Source of the DNA: Octopus bimaculoides
Lineage: Eukaryota
Reading direction: 5' to 3'
Assembly: GCF_001194135.2 (NCBI RefSeq)
Contig: NC_068983.1
Span: 123,353,147-123,417,146 of the forward strand
DNA: 64,000 nucleotides
The notes under the pieces were generated by a model. It was not told the origin of the DNA. It did not search any database and saw nothing but the letters and a program-made list of their open reading frames with translations. Position 1 is the stretch's first letter, and every line of letters starts with the position of its first letter. Positions 26,565 through 40,679 of this stretch are shown here, piece by piece. Made by a program: the position numbers and the translations under genes.

Positions 26565-27793
26565 GCATGCACGCACACAGAGATGAATAGCTTGTGAGAG
26601 CTGTTCAAGTTAATGTACAAAAGTGCAGTAAGTAAAGAAAGATTGGTTCACAAGATGAATTTAACCTCAAGGCTCAGTGCTGAAATAATTATAATGAATT
26701 ATCTGAAATATCAACTACTTGTTTTTTAATTATTTTAAACTACATACACACACAATTATTGTAGACATTACCCTCTGTATTTCAATTTTTAGCATTAGAT
26801 TTACTAGCAGAAAGACCACCTGTCAGGCAGTTTTCTGCTAGGTAATATTTTCACATTTGATTCCCAATTTTAATAATTTTTGTATTTTACGTCTAATTAT
26901 TTCTTTGTATAATAGTACTCACTTGCTTTGTAATTATTGCTTTCCTTATTTTATCACAGTCATAATCTCTCTCTTTTAAACAAACATCACAGTAGTCCAA
27001 CAACAGACAGAGAAGCAATTTGTCAAGTTTTACCTTCTCCTCAAAGAAACAGAGATTACAATTCAGGAGCCTATCTTTTCAGTGTGTGTGTGTGTGAGAG
27101 AGAAAGTGGGAGAGAGAACATTGCAAACAATGAATGAAAATAAACATGAAATAAAAAAATTGTATAAATAAAAGGACATTACTACTGATGTATACGCCCC
27201 TGACTTTGATCCTTCATAACATCCAGAAAAAGGGAAACTTTTTAACAAAATTTTCTACAAATACCATTTAGATGTTGTGGCTTCAGATATAGGGATTTAT
27301 GGGAAGGAATTTTTCTGAGGAGGTGGAGAGAGGAGATTTAGAAAACTCACATGATCTGATTTTTTTCCCTCATAACTTTCAGGAAAATGGGTATCTTTCA
27401 ATGAAAATTTATACAAATCCCTTTCAAATAGCATACATTAAAACTTTTTCAGAGATTTTCTCCATTTTTTTTTTAAACCACAGCTTTCGAAATGATGGTG
27501 TCAGGGGGTGGTCTTTGAATGAATAAACTTTTGAAAACTCTTTTTTTTTTTTTACAACACCTACTCCCTCATTATCCCACTCTGGACCNNNNNNNNNNNN
27601 NNNNNNNNNNNNNNNNNNNNNNNNNNNNNNNNNNNNNNNNNNNNNNNNNNNNNNNNNNNNNNNNNNNNNNNNNNNNNNNNNNNNNNNNNNNNNNNNNNNN
27701 NNNNNNNNNNNNNNNNNNNNNNNNNNNNNNNNNNNNNNNNNNNNNNNNNNNNNNNNNNNNNNNNNNNNNNNNNNNNNNNNNNNNNNNNNNNNN

Positions 27794-28505
27794 TTTTCTA
27801 AGGGAAAAAGTGAATGATTTAAGGGCGATTTGGCTCTTGTTTCTAGCACATCCAAAGACAACCCTCCTCGTTTCTTTATCACTTTCGCATGTATTGATGT
27901 GTTTCAATATTTTTTTCCCCATAAATACATTTATTTGCTATAAAAAGAAAATTTGAGAAATTATGAAGTTTTGGCAACCCCACTTCCTGCCCTCGATAGT
28001 TTCTGTTTAGAAATTAAAATGTTGGAGAGCCTGAAAAGGTCAGTGATTTTTTAAAATTACGGAGATGTATTTACATAGTAAGTGACTTGATCTGAGATTG
28101 TGTGCTGAAACAAAAACAATTGCAGCGTGGAAGATGTTTGTAAGCCATTTAAGATCACATGCAAAACCATTCGTTTCACTTCAACATTAAAATTTCATTT
28201 GTGTCAAAACCACTGACAAAACTCCACAAAAGGGGTGCAGCAAGAAGTTTTGACAGTGAACAGGTCGCGGTTTCAAAGCGATGGTGGGGGTGAAAATTTA
28301 GATTACGATTTATTTTGTTGTTTTTCTTCCACCAATAGACCACGTGTGTGTTACTTCGGCATCATCATTCCATAAAATGTGTTTAATGGAAGAAAAATAT
28401 TGAAAAAACATCAATACATGTGAGTGAAAAGAGAGGGTGGTTTGGGTTGTGCTAGAAACAACAGCAAAACCTCCCTTGAATTGTTCACCTTTTCCTCTGA
28501 AAATA
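27794..28505. mobile_element. Foldback/MITE-like element with about 140-bp imperfect inverted arms
   Basis: 27794-27935 is an approximate reverse complement of 28375-28505; left part lies next to a gap. Confidence 0.6.
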
Positions 28506-29634
28506 TTTACAATTTGTTTTGTTTTGTGTTTTTTTTAAATTTTTTAAAATTTTTATTAACCATAAAGGTTCCTCCTATGGTTTTTAAGTTAAAAAGGAAA
28601 ACGGCCAAAATCGGGCCAGATAGTTATTATTGTAAGGCTTATAGCATTCTAAACAGCCATAACAATAAATTCACTTTCAAATCTTTTTTTACAAAAAATA
28701 TATGGGTATTGAAAAAAATTTTCATTCAATAAATAATGTTTTTACATTGCATATACATTAATAGAATAAACGGTTGGTTTTCCAAATAGTGAATTAAAAC
28801 TTGAAATGAAAACATTAAAAGAGAAAGTGAGACTTTGCAAATAAAAATGCAATACTCCACAGTGAATGCAATGAATATTTAAATTTGTGAAGAACTGGAT
28901 GCAGTGAATGCAATGAATATTTAAAAATGCAAGAAATTAGAGTTAAGAAAATTCAATAAACTTGAGAAATCAAAATTGTAGGACATTTCTTAGAACATAA
29001 ATTTATAAAAATATTTCCAGACAGTCAAACCTTTAATAATTGCTTTCTTTTAGTACATTTAGTAATTGTTTCATACTTAATTAATAAGCAGCTTTCTCCA
29101 TTATAATATAGATATGCCATCAGTCAGGTGTTATTTTTGTTTGCAACTTGTGTATGTTGCCTGCATGTATATTTTAACCTTGTACTGTATTATATGTACA
29201 GGGGAGTTGGCAGAATTGTAAGCACACTGGATGAAAGGCTTAGTAGTATTTCGCCCGTTGCTACATTCTGAGTTCAAATTCCACTGAGGTTGACTTTGCT
29301 TTTCATCCTTTTGATGTCAATGAAATAAGTACCAGTTACACACTGGGGTCGATGTAATCAACTAGACGCTCCCCTCAAATTCCAGGCCTTGTGCTTATAG
29401 TAGGAAGGATTATATGTATAACTTTTATCATCATATATATTTATAATTTATTGAAGGTGGCTTGACAACATGATAATAATGGCAAACTCAAAGTAAGGAT
29501 GAAGTGACCCCTGTAGCTTTGAATAAATGAAGTTTAGTATTAGGTATATTTTCCTCTTTGCAAATTCAATGTGCTTAAATAAATAGATGTGTGTGTGTGT
29601 GAGAGAGAAATGACAAATCATGAATTATGGTTAC

Positions 29635-29767
29635 CTTTTTATGCAGTATTGCAGTAAGGCCCCTCTCAAGATCACCAAGCTTGAAAAGACACTTTTTCAT
29701 AGCATCAAAACATTCGCATTTGTTAGACGAAAGTTCTTCAACAGCAAGCTGGCGTTCATCAATGTCC
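29635..29767 (-). CDS. MSH3: MSH3 coding exon 10 (DIDERQLAVEEL...GDLERGLTAILHKK)
   Basis: D(I/L)ERGL motif; 133 nt, phase 2-0. Confidence 0.95.
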
Positions 29768-32042
29768 CTAGAAAAATATCACAGATTTGGCAATTTTTTT
29801 TTATGTAATTATTTATCTTTATCAACAATACACACACTTGCTCATCAAAATCATGGAACCAGTGGAAGAGGGTGACAAAGAAGACATGGGATGAAGTAGT
29901 TAAGGCTGACCTGAAATTATCACATCTCATAGAGAAGATGACAAAAGACTGTGTAAACATTGCAAAATGAATGTTAAGATTGGTAGGGATAAAGGGGAGG
30001 ATGAGACGTAATTTATATAGACAGACAGACACACACATATCTGTGCTACTTTGATACCTCCTCCAACACTCATTTCTCTAATACTCATATTCTATCCCTC
30101 ATCTTATCTTCTTTCACTTTTAATGTACTTTGCCAATGGTGTAATTTAGAATAGCAGTGGATCTCTTCTTCTCACTGTACCATGCTTTCAGTGTAAATAG
30201 GACTATTACTGGACCTATTGAACCTCACCTCTCCAAACCTCTTATTCTTATAGCTCAACCTCTCTCACCCATCACAAAGCATAAGTGTAGAGGACAGCAT
30301 GAAATCTACTTGTATCCTAAATATTGTACTGTTACTTTTTGTGTACTTCTAGTCATTGCTTCCTCTCACCTGGGCTACATCTTATTGATATCTATCTCCC
30401 ACTTTCACGATTCTCCTTTGCCATTATTGTCCATTGTTTTTCCCTCTACCAGCCTCTCATCCAATTATTCTCTACCATCATACACTTACAACCTTTATCA
30501 ACCTATCCTTCCCCTTCTTCTGCCTTCAATCTCTCCTTTATTAATTTCCTCATGGATTATGAGGACATTTTAATAGTATGGGTGACAAGGCAACCCTACC
30601 TGTGCTGGTATCACAAAAATTTCCACCCAGCACAGTATGGAAAGTGGTAGGCACATAAGTAGAGATAATGTGGGTTCAAGGGGATCATTTATTCTTGTCA
30701 TGGAAATGTCATCTTTATTGCTGGTGTGTCACAATATAATGCACTCTGAGAAACGGATGGTGAAAGAAAGTGCATCCAGCAATAGATATTATCATTATCA
30801 TTTTAACCTCTACTTTTCCTGGCTAGCATGGGTCAGGCAGACTTTGTTGAGTCAAATTTTCTATGACTGGATGCTCTTCCTGTTGTAACTTTTTCTTGTT
30901 TCCAAGCAAGATAATATTTTCTTATGGCCAGACATGTTTCACAGAAGACTGGAAGCAAACCACATTGTCTGCATGACAGTGATGTTCATTTTTACAACCA
31001 CAAAATCGAAAACGAAATTGAACCAAATTCGGCGACTGGCACCCATGCCAACCTTCCTTCATTGGACACTAAACTCAGCTTGCGAAGACCTGTTGGGCAA
31101 GTGAGATTGAAACTGAACTAAATTTGATGACTTGCACCTGTGCCAGTGGAGCGCCAACAGCACCATCAGAGAGGGATCACTGCCAGAGCAGCGGTCTCGC
31201 TCCCATGCCGGTGGCACGTAAAAAGCACCATTTGAGCGCGATCGTTTTCAGCTTCACCTTACTGGCACTTGTGCCGGTGGCATGTGAACAAAACATTGGA
31301 CTGACTCCTGTGCAGGTGGCACATAAAAAACACCATTTGAGCATGGCCTTTGCCAGTACCGCCAGACTGGCTCTCGTGCCAGTGGCACATAAAAAGCACC
31401 CACTACACTCTCGGAGTGGTAGGCGTTAGGAAGGGCATCCAGCTGTAGAAACTCTGCCAGATCAGATTGGAGTCTGGTGTAGCCATCTGGTTTGCCAGTC
31501 CCCAGTCAAATTGTCCAACCCATGCTAGCATGGAAAGCAGATGTTAAATGATGATGATGATGATGATGATAACCATGTGATGTCAAAAGATGGGTGCATA
31601 CATACATACACATATATACAAAGGGCTTCTTTCAGATGCTACTATCAAATCCACTCACTAGCTCAGAGCTATAATAGAAAACACTAGTCCAAGGAGTTGC
31701 ACAGTGAGACTGAATCTGAAACCACATGGTTGGGAAGCAAACTTCTCAAACACACTAACACACCTGTGCCTAACCAAACAAAAATAAGAAATGTATGTGA
31801 TGTGGTCCTCCGACTTATCTAATCTATAAGAATTCTCACTCCAAATAAGAACTGACTTGGACCAAGACAACCCATCCAACCCATCACAGCATGGAAAGCA
31901 GAGGTATAATGATGATGGTGGTATATACGTATGTATGTATGTATGTATGTATAAATTAGTTCAGCATTTATAGTTTTTTGCCATTCTTCAACTTTGTAAT
32001 AAAAAAACATTCAATAAACAGAAAAACTCAAAGGAAATTTAC

Positions 32043-32237
32043 CTTTTTTTAATTAAGGGATTACAAACCCAAGAGCGGAGTCTCCTTTCTCCAAATTTAG
32101 TCAATGTCTTATTGAGAACCCAGAATAAACTTCCTTTTGATTTACCACTGGTGAGATTCTTTAACAACTCCAAATTTTGAACAGATTTGGCAGGAAGCTT
32201 CATGTAAGATGATTCCAGAGAGAAACATTTGAAACCA
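32043..32237 (-). CDS. MSH3: MSH3 coding exon 9 (YMKLPAKSVQNLELL...KGSLFWVLNKTLTKFGERRLRSWVCNPL)
   Basis: MutS-III motifs NLEL, GSL.WVL, FG.R.L..W...PL; 195 nt, phase 2-2. Confidence 0.96.
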
Positions 32238-32299
32238 CTGGAAAAAAATAATAAAAGAATTAAATAGAAAAGAAGCTTATCCCTTCAGTCTCATGACTC

Positions 32300-33560
32300 A
32301 GCTATATTATTGACAACATTCATTATGTTGAACTTCTTTCAGAAATCTCTAACTGTAGGTTTATCCTCCCTATCAATTGCTTTCATAAGTTGTTTAAAAG
32401 TTCTCATATAATATGCCTTGAAGTTAGCTATCACACCTTGATCCATTGGTTGGAGTAATAGAGTTGTATTCTTTAGGATATATTCTACTCATACATTATC
32501 TGAAAAGTCATTTAAGTTCACTGAGTGGTTCGGTGCATTGTCTAAAAGATGCAATGCTTTGTTGGAAATATTAATGTTTGGCATTGTAGCATTCTATGAC
32601 AGGGCAAAAGACATTTGTAAACCCCACTTTGAAAAGAGTTTTAGTCATCCATGCCTTCTTATTTGAATGTCAACTCATGGATAGATTAAACTTTGTGTAA
32701 GCCTTGATATCCTTTAGATTTTCAGAGTGATACATGTGTAGAGACTTTAATTTCATATCACCAATAGCATTTCCATCCAAAAGAAATGTCAGATGATTTT
32801 TGGAAACTTTAAAACCTGGTGTCGATATTTCATCTTGAGAATTAAAAGTTCTCACAGGCATACACTTCTAGAAAAGTGCAGTTTCGTCAACATTGTACAC
32901 TTGCTCTGGTATGTAGCTCCACTTCAGCAATCATTTCCAACTGCTTAGGATAATTAGTAGTGGCTTCTGTATCAGTGTTCACAGTTTCACCAGTCATTTT
33001 TTATGCTATGCAAATTCATGCGCTTCTTAAACCTTTCAGGCCAACTTGTTACAAGCCAAAAAGCTTAACTTTTGGCTCTTTTTTGAACTACCATCATTTT
33101 TGTCAGTACAGAACACCAAATCTGATTCTCAATCCATACACTCAAGAGTCCTTCCATTTTAAGCATTACATAAGATCTATGGAAAAATAGGGCCCAGACA
33201 GTTAACAGAATAGCTTCTTGAGCACTTGACACAATTTTCTTTCTGTTGTCAGACATTGTTCCCACAGTAGACATTGCAAAATTTGATGTTCTGACAATAT
33301 AACTTGGTTTTACTTCCGCATCAAGTCTTTTTAAAACATGTTTAATATCCAGTGTAATCCCTTAACAGTTCCTTATTCCACAACAGCTTTCAGGTTTACT
33401 TGATAGCTTCTTTCGAGGCATCTTAAATTGAAGGTAAATCCAGCAGCGGTGTTGATTAATTATCCACAACAAATATGTATAAAAAAAATTTAATTTGCCG
33501 ATTTCTTCAAAGAAATGAAAAACTCTGGTCAAATGAAATAGAAATTTCATGTCATCTCTC
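32300..33560 (-). mobile_element. pogo/Tigger (CENP-B-like DDE) transposase remnant
   Basis: MPVRTF...STPGFK.SK.HLTFLL.GNA.GDMKLK translation; many stops. Confidence 0.85.
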
Positions 33561-35095
33561 CATCCTGCTGATTCAGTAATCTTTTTTTCACCATTGTTGA
33601 AATTAGTTTGGAGTTTCTCATAATTACTTAGAAGCTCTGGGATGAATGCATATTCAATATTGGGAGATGACTTTTTTCTCCAAATTTGTTATCCATTATA
33701 ACACAAAGAACTCTGTCAAGGATACGATGCTGACAACAAATAAATTGCAGTTCTTTCAAACCCTTTTGAGCAAACAGTCTTTGCTAATGAATTACAATAC
33801 CATTTCTTTTCCCACTGTTCACACTCATTGTATCAGTGACAATTATCTTTACACAATTCCATAAATTGTATTCATCTAAAATAGCTGTTATTCCATTCAA
33901 AACAGTATCAGCTTTTCCCTTTGGTAATTGGAGTGTTTCAACTTAACTTCTCTGTTCATTCTTTAAAACTAGCACTTGGTATTCTTGGTCATCAATACAT
34001 TTACCATCAGCTGGGGGAGACGTTTTTTTAAAAAAACTTTAAATAAAGGTTATTTTCCCTACTTACATGAAATTGTTCATCAACTTTTGATACAGGAAAT
34101 TGTTTACTTCCAAAAAATCAGTCATAAAGCCTAAGTACTGCAATAACCAGCCCACTCAAAAAGTACCTTTGGATCATAGGGTGACATGCCGTACTTGAGA
34201 CCTATTGAGTCAAATACATCATCAACAACAAAATCAAATCAAACCACAATCAAATGGAAATTGTAGTTGTGGCTGATGCCAGCACTGCTTGTCTGGCTCC
34301 CTGTGCCAATGGCACATAAAAGCACCATCCAAACATGGTCAATGCCGGCCACCTCTGGCCCCTGTGCTGGTGGTACGCAAAAAGCACCCACTACACTCTC
34401 GGAGTGGTTGGCATTAGGAAGGGCATCCAGCTGTAGAAACACTGCTAAATCAGATTGGAGCCTGGTGCAGCCTCCTGGCTTTCCAGACCCCAGTCAAACC
34501 GTCCAACCCATACCAGCATGGAAAACAGACGTTAAACAATGATGATGATGATGATATAGGTGCAGGAGTGGCTGTGTGGTAAGTAACTTGCTTACAAACC
34601 ACATGGCTCTGGGTTCAGTCCCACTGCTTTGCACCTTGGGCAAGTGTCTTCTACTATAGCCTCAGGCCAACCAAAGCCTTGTGAGTGGATTTGGTAGACA
34701 GAAACTGAAAGAAGCACATTGTATATGTGTGTGTGTGTGTGTGTGTGTTTGTTCCCGTACCATCGCTTGACAACGGATGTGTGCTCACATCCCCGTAACT
34801 TAGCAGTTCAGCAAAAGAAGCTGATAGAATAAGTACTAAGCTTACAAAGAATAAGTCCTGGGGTCGATTTGTTCGACTAAAGGCGGTGCACCAGCATGGC
34901 CACAGTTAAATGACTGAAACAAGTAAAATAAAAATAAAAGAATATATATATTTTCATAACATGAAACCAATGGTAGCCTTAATAAACAAATAAATTTTAT
35001 CCATTAATGCAGTGTTGAGCACCCATTCTCATTGTTCAACATTTATGTGTGTGTGTATGTGTGTCTATCTGATTGAAAACAACATATGAACTCAC

Positions 35096-35213
35096 CTACT
35101 AAGTTTTAGAACTCTCTCTAACTTGAATTCAGTGAGATAAGATATAAGTGCAGACAAACAACTTATCACAGTTGATGGTAATCCTATCACATCTTGTAAA
35201 CGAATGACTCCAC
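35096..35213 (-). CDS. MSH3: MSH3 coding exon 8 (GVIRLQDVIGLPSTVISCLSALISYLTEFKLERVL)
   Basis: Matches the VICSLAAIIKYLKEFNLE pattern; 118 nt, phase 1-2. Confidence 0.92.
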
Positions 35214-35689
35214 CTTTTAATAAAAGTAACAAAATGACACTAATTATATAGTGATTTCTGATACAAGTCCACAAGCAGAAAGGGTTTACTTGATAATAAT
35301 GACATTAAAATCTCCCTCACTGGTATTTTACTTTATCAACTACAGAAGGATATAAAGTTAACTTTGGTGGGATTCAAAATCAGAAAGTAATGAGAACTAA
35401 AAAACAACATGGCATATTAAATATTTTTAAAAATCAATAAACAGTAATATAACTGAACATTAACAAATTTCATGGAAATTAAACATATATTCCAAAGACA
35501 CTTGATGAATGTAACAATGAGTAGGTTTGATTGTGTAAAAAGAGTCACTCATTCACTAAAAGATAAAATATGAAGTAGAAGGAAATAGTTTTCAGGTGTG
35601 CAATTGTTGAATAGCTTAGGTCAGTTGTGACAAAAAGAATTCTAGTCAGGACCATCCTGTTTTGTTTTTTTCTCCTAGGTATTATGTAA

Positions 35690-36250
35690 CTTGGACTACA
35701 TTCTCCAATAAATCTTTATCTTTTATGAAATTTTGCTGTTAAATATGAGGGAGATTTCACTGCTACTTTTAAAAAGTCAATCAACCACATAGTTTCCCTT
35801 GTTGCCTCCTCTACTGTTAGTTGTCTGTTATGGTAAAGCCTGAATTTTAGTTTGTGTACGTATGGTTGCAGCATTCTCAAGAGATGTTAAGTATTGTGTT
35901 GTGCATCATATTGTTGATGAGCTGTGAAGGCAAGCTCATCAGAATGGTGAGAGTCAGAGAGATATAGGCTCTGCTGATATTTAGATTATATTTGCTTGAA
36001 GCCTTTGTTTTGGATGGGGCTAAGCTCTGCCCAAAGAGAAAAAGAGCTAGGGCGTCTCCCTGAATGATTCCAGCAGTTGCTGAAAACCTTTCATGCATGA
36101 TGGTGATGGATTTAACAATCTCATCTGGGATACTGTAGTTCAACAGTATATACAATGTAGCTCTTCTGTTGGAGAAACTATGAATGAAACTGAGGCTTTT
36201 ACTTGAAGATTCTAATCTCTTCTTTGATTCTGCTTTTCTAGTCTATGTAA
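35690..36250 (-). mobile_element. RTE-like LINE RT fragment
   Basis: GIIQGDALALFLF translation. Confidence 0.65.
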
Positions 36251-36444
36251 CACTGGATTATGAAGTCAACTGCTTGTAAGAATATATATGAACACTGGGT
36301 TGTTACTTCTGGGATGCTCAGCTCAGTTAGGTCTGATCTAGGGTTAAACAATAAGTTCATTTTATGGAGTGGTGGTCATGGTAGTAGTGTAATATGTTAT
36401 TTAATAAAGGCTGACAATTATAAAATGAATGATCCAGAACTCAC

Positions 36445-36554
36445 CAACTGTATGATCATTTCCATAGAAATTACTGACAGTTTCAAATGCCTGCTGGTAA
36501 ACGAATTTTTTTTCTGGAAGTCTCTCAATCCTGATACAGTCATCAGCTGAAGAG
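36445..36554 (-). CDS. MSH3: MSH3 coding exon 7 (SSADDCIRIERL...VSNFYGNDHTV)
   Basis: Matches DDRIRVER...EFY of human MSH3; 110 nt, phase 2-1 using the tttttag acceptor. Confidence 0.88.
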
Positions 36555-37529
36555 CTAAAAATAGATTATTAAACTAAAGAACAACGTTTTACAAACACAT
36601 AAAACATTCAAAATAAACTATTAAGCTAATTAATAACTATGAATTTTCCATATTTTACTTTAACCCTTTAGCATTCAGATTACTTTCTTAAATGAAATAC
36701 TAATTTATTCACAGTGTTTTGACTTAATCATGCATTATCTCATAGCTTTGAGATTTTGATGATATGATTATTTGTTTTTAGAATAACACTGTAAGGTAGG
36801 TGTGAGAGGCCAATCTGATTGGGTTTGACTTTTTATTCAGGTAGAATATTTGGACTAGATATTACTGGTTTCAATACTAAAGAGCTAAGAGATCTTAGTC
36901 AGAGCATCAGCATTTAAACTGGTCATGACCAGCCCAAATATTCTTCCAGTTTTATACTGAAACCAATCCTACAATAACATTCTAAAAATAAACAATCACA
37001 CTGTCAAAATCTTGAAGCTACAAGAAAATGTATGATTAATTCAAAATAATGTGGATAAATAAGCAATAAATTGGACAGAGTACTCTGAATACTAAATGTT
37101 TAATGTAGTTTTATAATTCAGGACTTGAAGTTATAAATATGTTGATAACCAATCAAGTCAGTTGGGTATCCCACTGCTAAATAAATATTACATTTGATAG
37201 TGATCTGAATGTTAAAGGGTTTAAGTTGTTCTGTTAGTTATTTCATCTATAACACTGTCGTTACTGTTGTTGTTTAGTGCCCTAGGTTAGCCTAGCTAAA
37301 CTATAACCAAAGGTATTCCTGCCACAATCATGCAGCCTTTTTTTTTTTACAACTTCTCACTGAGACAGCTTCTATACAGTCACATGTCCAGCTAGATATA
37401 GCAAGGAAATCTCTTTCAAATTATATCTTAGCATTTTAAAGAAGAACACATCAAACTCTACCCTTTCAAAGAATTCACTCTGGATAGTGTAACTCTGGAA
37501 AGAAAAAAGATGGCCATTAAAAAAAATAC

Positions 37530-37696
37530 CTTAGAACAGAAGTGTCCTTGAGTAAACGTTCTGTTGCTTCTGAGAGTGTTGGTGGTAGTAATATCTCCAC
37601 TGGTTGGATATGCGTGATTCTAGTCTCAAGTTGGTTTCGACTGATCACATCAGTGAAACAGTCATAAATGAAGTCTCCAGTGGCAGGTTGAACAGC
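37530..37696 (-). CDS. MSH3: MSH3 coding exon 6 (AVQPATGDFIYDCF...QPVEILLP...)
   Basis: MutS-II connector motif VQPATG/QPVE; 167 nt, phase 0-2. Confidence 0.95.
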
Positions 37697-40488
37697 CTAA
37701 ATAAAGGGAAAGCAACACTTCTGAGTAATCAAAAAATGACTACTAGTGGACAGCAGTAATGCTGGGGTACTTTTGTCAAACTTACACCAATTCTTATTGT
37801 AGTTTGGTACTTGTTTTATTGATTTATATTTGAGTTACAAAGTTACACCTCAACAGAGAAGGGTAGAACACAGGTTTCCACAAAAATATTCAAAGACACA
37901 CACATGGGTCTAATCTATGCAAGCAATGAAAAGTGGATTAAAAATGATGATGATATACACTCTTGGAGTGGTTGGCATTAGGAAGAGCATCCAGCTGTAG
38001 AAACTGCCAGATCAGATTGGAGCCTGGTGTAGCCATCCGGTTCACCAGTCCTCAGTCAAATCGTCCAACCCATGCTAGCATGGAAAGCGGACGTTAAACG
38101 ATGATGAACAATACAAATGTGCTTATTCAGAGAGTAAGCTGTAGAGAAAAAACTTGGCATGATAGAAGGAAACTAATTGAAGTTTTGAAATCAGCATGCC
38201 AATTTTAGTCTAAATCAAGTGAAAAAGTCAATAGAAATTATGTTCGAAATTGTTCCCCTGTGTTAATAGTTTCTAACGGGCAAATCACTGGTGTACAACC
38301 ATCCTGACTGATAAGGGATTGTCTGTGTAACCTGGTTGGAATAAATAACACAAACTGTTTTTGGTTTAACACACCAATTTATCAATAAATTTGCAAAGTG
38401 TATACTTTGCTGATATATATGAACACATACACATGCGATGGATTTCCACAGAGTTTTTATCTGCCAAATTTCATAAGACACCTACACAAGATGTTGTGCA
38501 GCAAGATCAAATTGAAGACCATGTAGTTGCAAAAAGAGGACTGAACTATATCTCTATCCTGCACCCCATTACTGGTACTATGCTGAACATAGGATAAGAA
38601 CAAAAAGAATAACTTAGCAGCTGTGGCCTAAACTAACTAGGATCTATGCAATTAAATGAGGGATAACATACTAAATGCTATGAGGCAAAAATAATCTTTA
38701 ATTAATTAACATTAAAACTGTGATAAGTCCAGAAGTTAAAGGAGACAATTATGAAATCCTGATTTATTAAAACTTGAATGATGTCAATGCAATGACGACA
38801 GGAGATGGGTAATAGTAGAAGTAGTGGCAGAGGAAAGTTGTAGTGGAAATGGTGAAAGAGGAGGCCGTGTGGCAATTGTGGAAGAGACATGTATTGGCAA
38901 TGAAAGTAACCATAGCAATAGACCAAGAAGGATAAAGGATGAACTGATGAGATTATATTTTCAATCGATGAGTTTTATGAATAAGACAGCACAGGATTAA
39001 GAGTAATGGCTAAACTTTTCTAATCTATGTTAAGCAGGAAAAATGGATCATTAGCAAATAAACAAGGGAGTATCTAGACAGTTACTTGGCCTACTAGAAA
39101 CAGCAGCCAAATCTCCCTCAAATCACACTCCAGTATCTTAAAATAGAAGGGTCACATTGGTTAATCTAACTGGATGCACAATGTTTGAATAAAAGATGCA
39201 ACAATTCCCATTGGAATGCTTTTGATAAAAGGTCTGTTTAATCAGGTTTTAAACAACATCTACAACGTGCTAAAGCAATGATAAGTAATTTGATGGTCTT
39301 CAAGGCTGAGAGGGAATCCTTTCACACTCATGTAAAAGAGAACAGAATATAGATTAATGAATTGGATTAGTAATTTATAGTTCAAACTGCGAATTGCATT
39401 ACCTGCCTCAACAATAATTAACCAAAAGAAAGTTTGTAGAATCTCATTAAGTTTGATTGCTAGGAAGTCAAATGTTTCAGGATCTTGTCTATCAATAGAG
39501 AGTAATGATCATCTATTTGTACCCTCCATTAAAGAGAAAGAACCCAAAATCTTAAGTCTTCCACTTACAGTCAACCTTACCAGTGCTCTACAAGTTGTAC
39601 TCTACTCATCGAAATGCATATCAAGACGAAATCAAGATGAAATATTGGCATCGCTGAAAGACAGATTCAACTTGATACTGTAGTGCTTCAGTTTTAGGGA
39701 TGAGTGGTTCAGTGCCAGATTTTGAACATGATCAAATACATGATCAGAGAGTTTATATATCAATAAATCTATATTTTCCAGCAAGCATTGATGGATTGAT
39801 CAATAATTATAAAAGAAAGAAAAAAAAAATTATAACCATGCATCGATTGCAATGTTAAGGAGCTAGACTGATGACTATTAGTTCAAATCCAAGAATAAAC
39901 AGAAGGAAATGTCAAAGATAAGATATATTGCTCCACTTGAATACACTTTAACAACAGTTGACAGGGTTAAGTAGTGAGAAACTCATAAATAAAACAGATA
40001 CTTATGATCCAATGAGAAAGCCTCTACATGGTCATTCAATTTGCTACAAATAACAGTCAAATCCCTTATAAATCACACACACACTACTGTCTTTAGGAAA
40101 TAAGACACTGAATAATGTAGTCTTACATTATATCTAAAAAAAAAAAAAAAGATGAGATGCCTTTTTTAAAGATGATATGATTTAAAGGAGATTTGGCAGC
40201 TGTTTCTAGTAAACTGTACAACCATGTACAGGCTTCCTTGTTGGCACATAATATTACCTTGTATTGTGATTTGGCAGAATTGTTTAAGCACCAGACAAAA
40301 TGTATTGCAGTATTTGTTTCAGCTCTTTACATTCTGTGTAAAAATCTTACAAGGTCAATTTTGTTTTCTTCTTTCCAGAGTTGATAAAATAAAGTATTAA
40401 TCAAACACAGTTTGCTAATATAACTGACTGTTTCCTACTCCAAAACTTGTGGCCCTGTTTGCTTTACAAATCAATAATACTAACTTAC

Positions 40489-40622
40489 CACAAAACCAAT
40501 GCTGAGAGATTCATTTGATTTTTTATTCTCTTCACAAGGTGTTTCAAAGATAGACATCAAGTATTGAGATATATTGGCTTCAGTATCATCACTGCGGGCA
40601 ATATCATTAAGTGGAGCAACAT
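40489..40622 (-). CDS. MSH3: MSH3 coding exon 5 (DVAPLND...QYLMSIFE...SIGFV)
   Basis: 134 nt, phase 1-0, tgtag acceptor and GTG|GTAAGT donor; open in the required frame. Confidence 0.9.
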
Positions 40623-40679
40623 CTACAATAATAAATATGATAATAATAGTTAGCAACAAGAAGAAGACTAGTATAAGAG

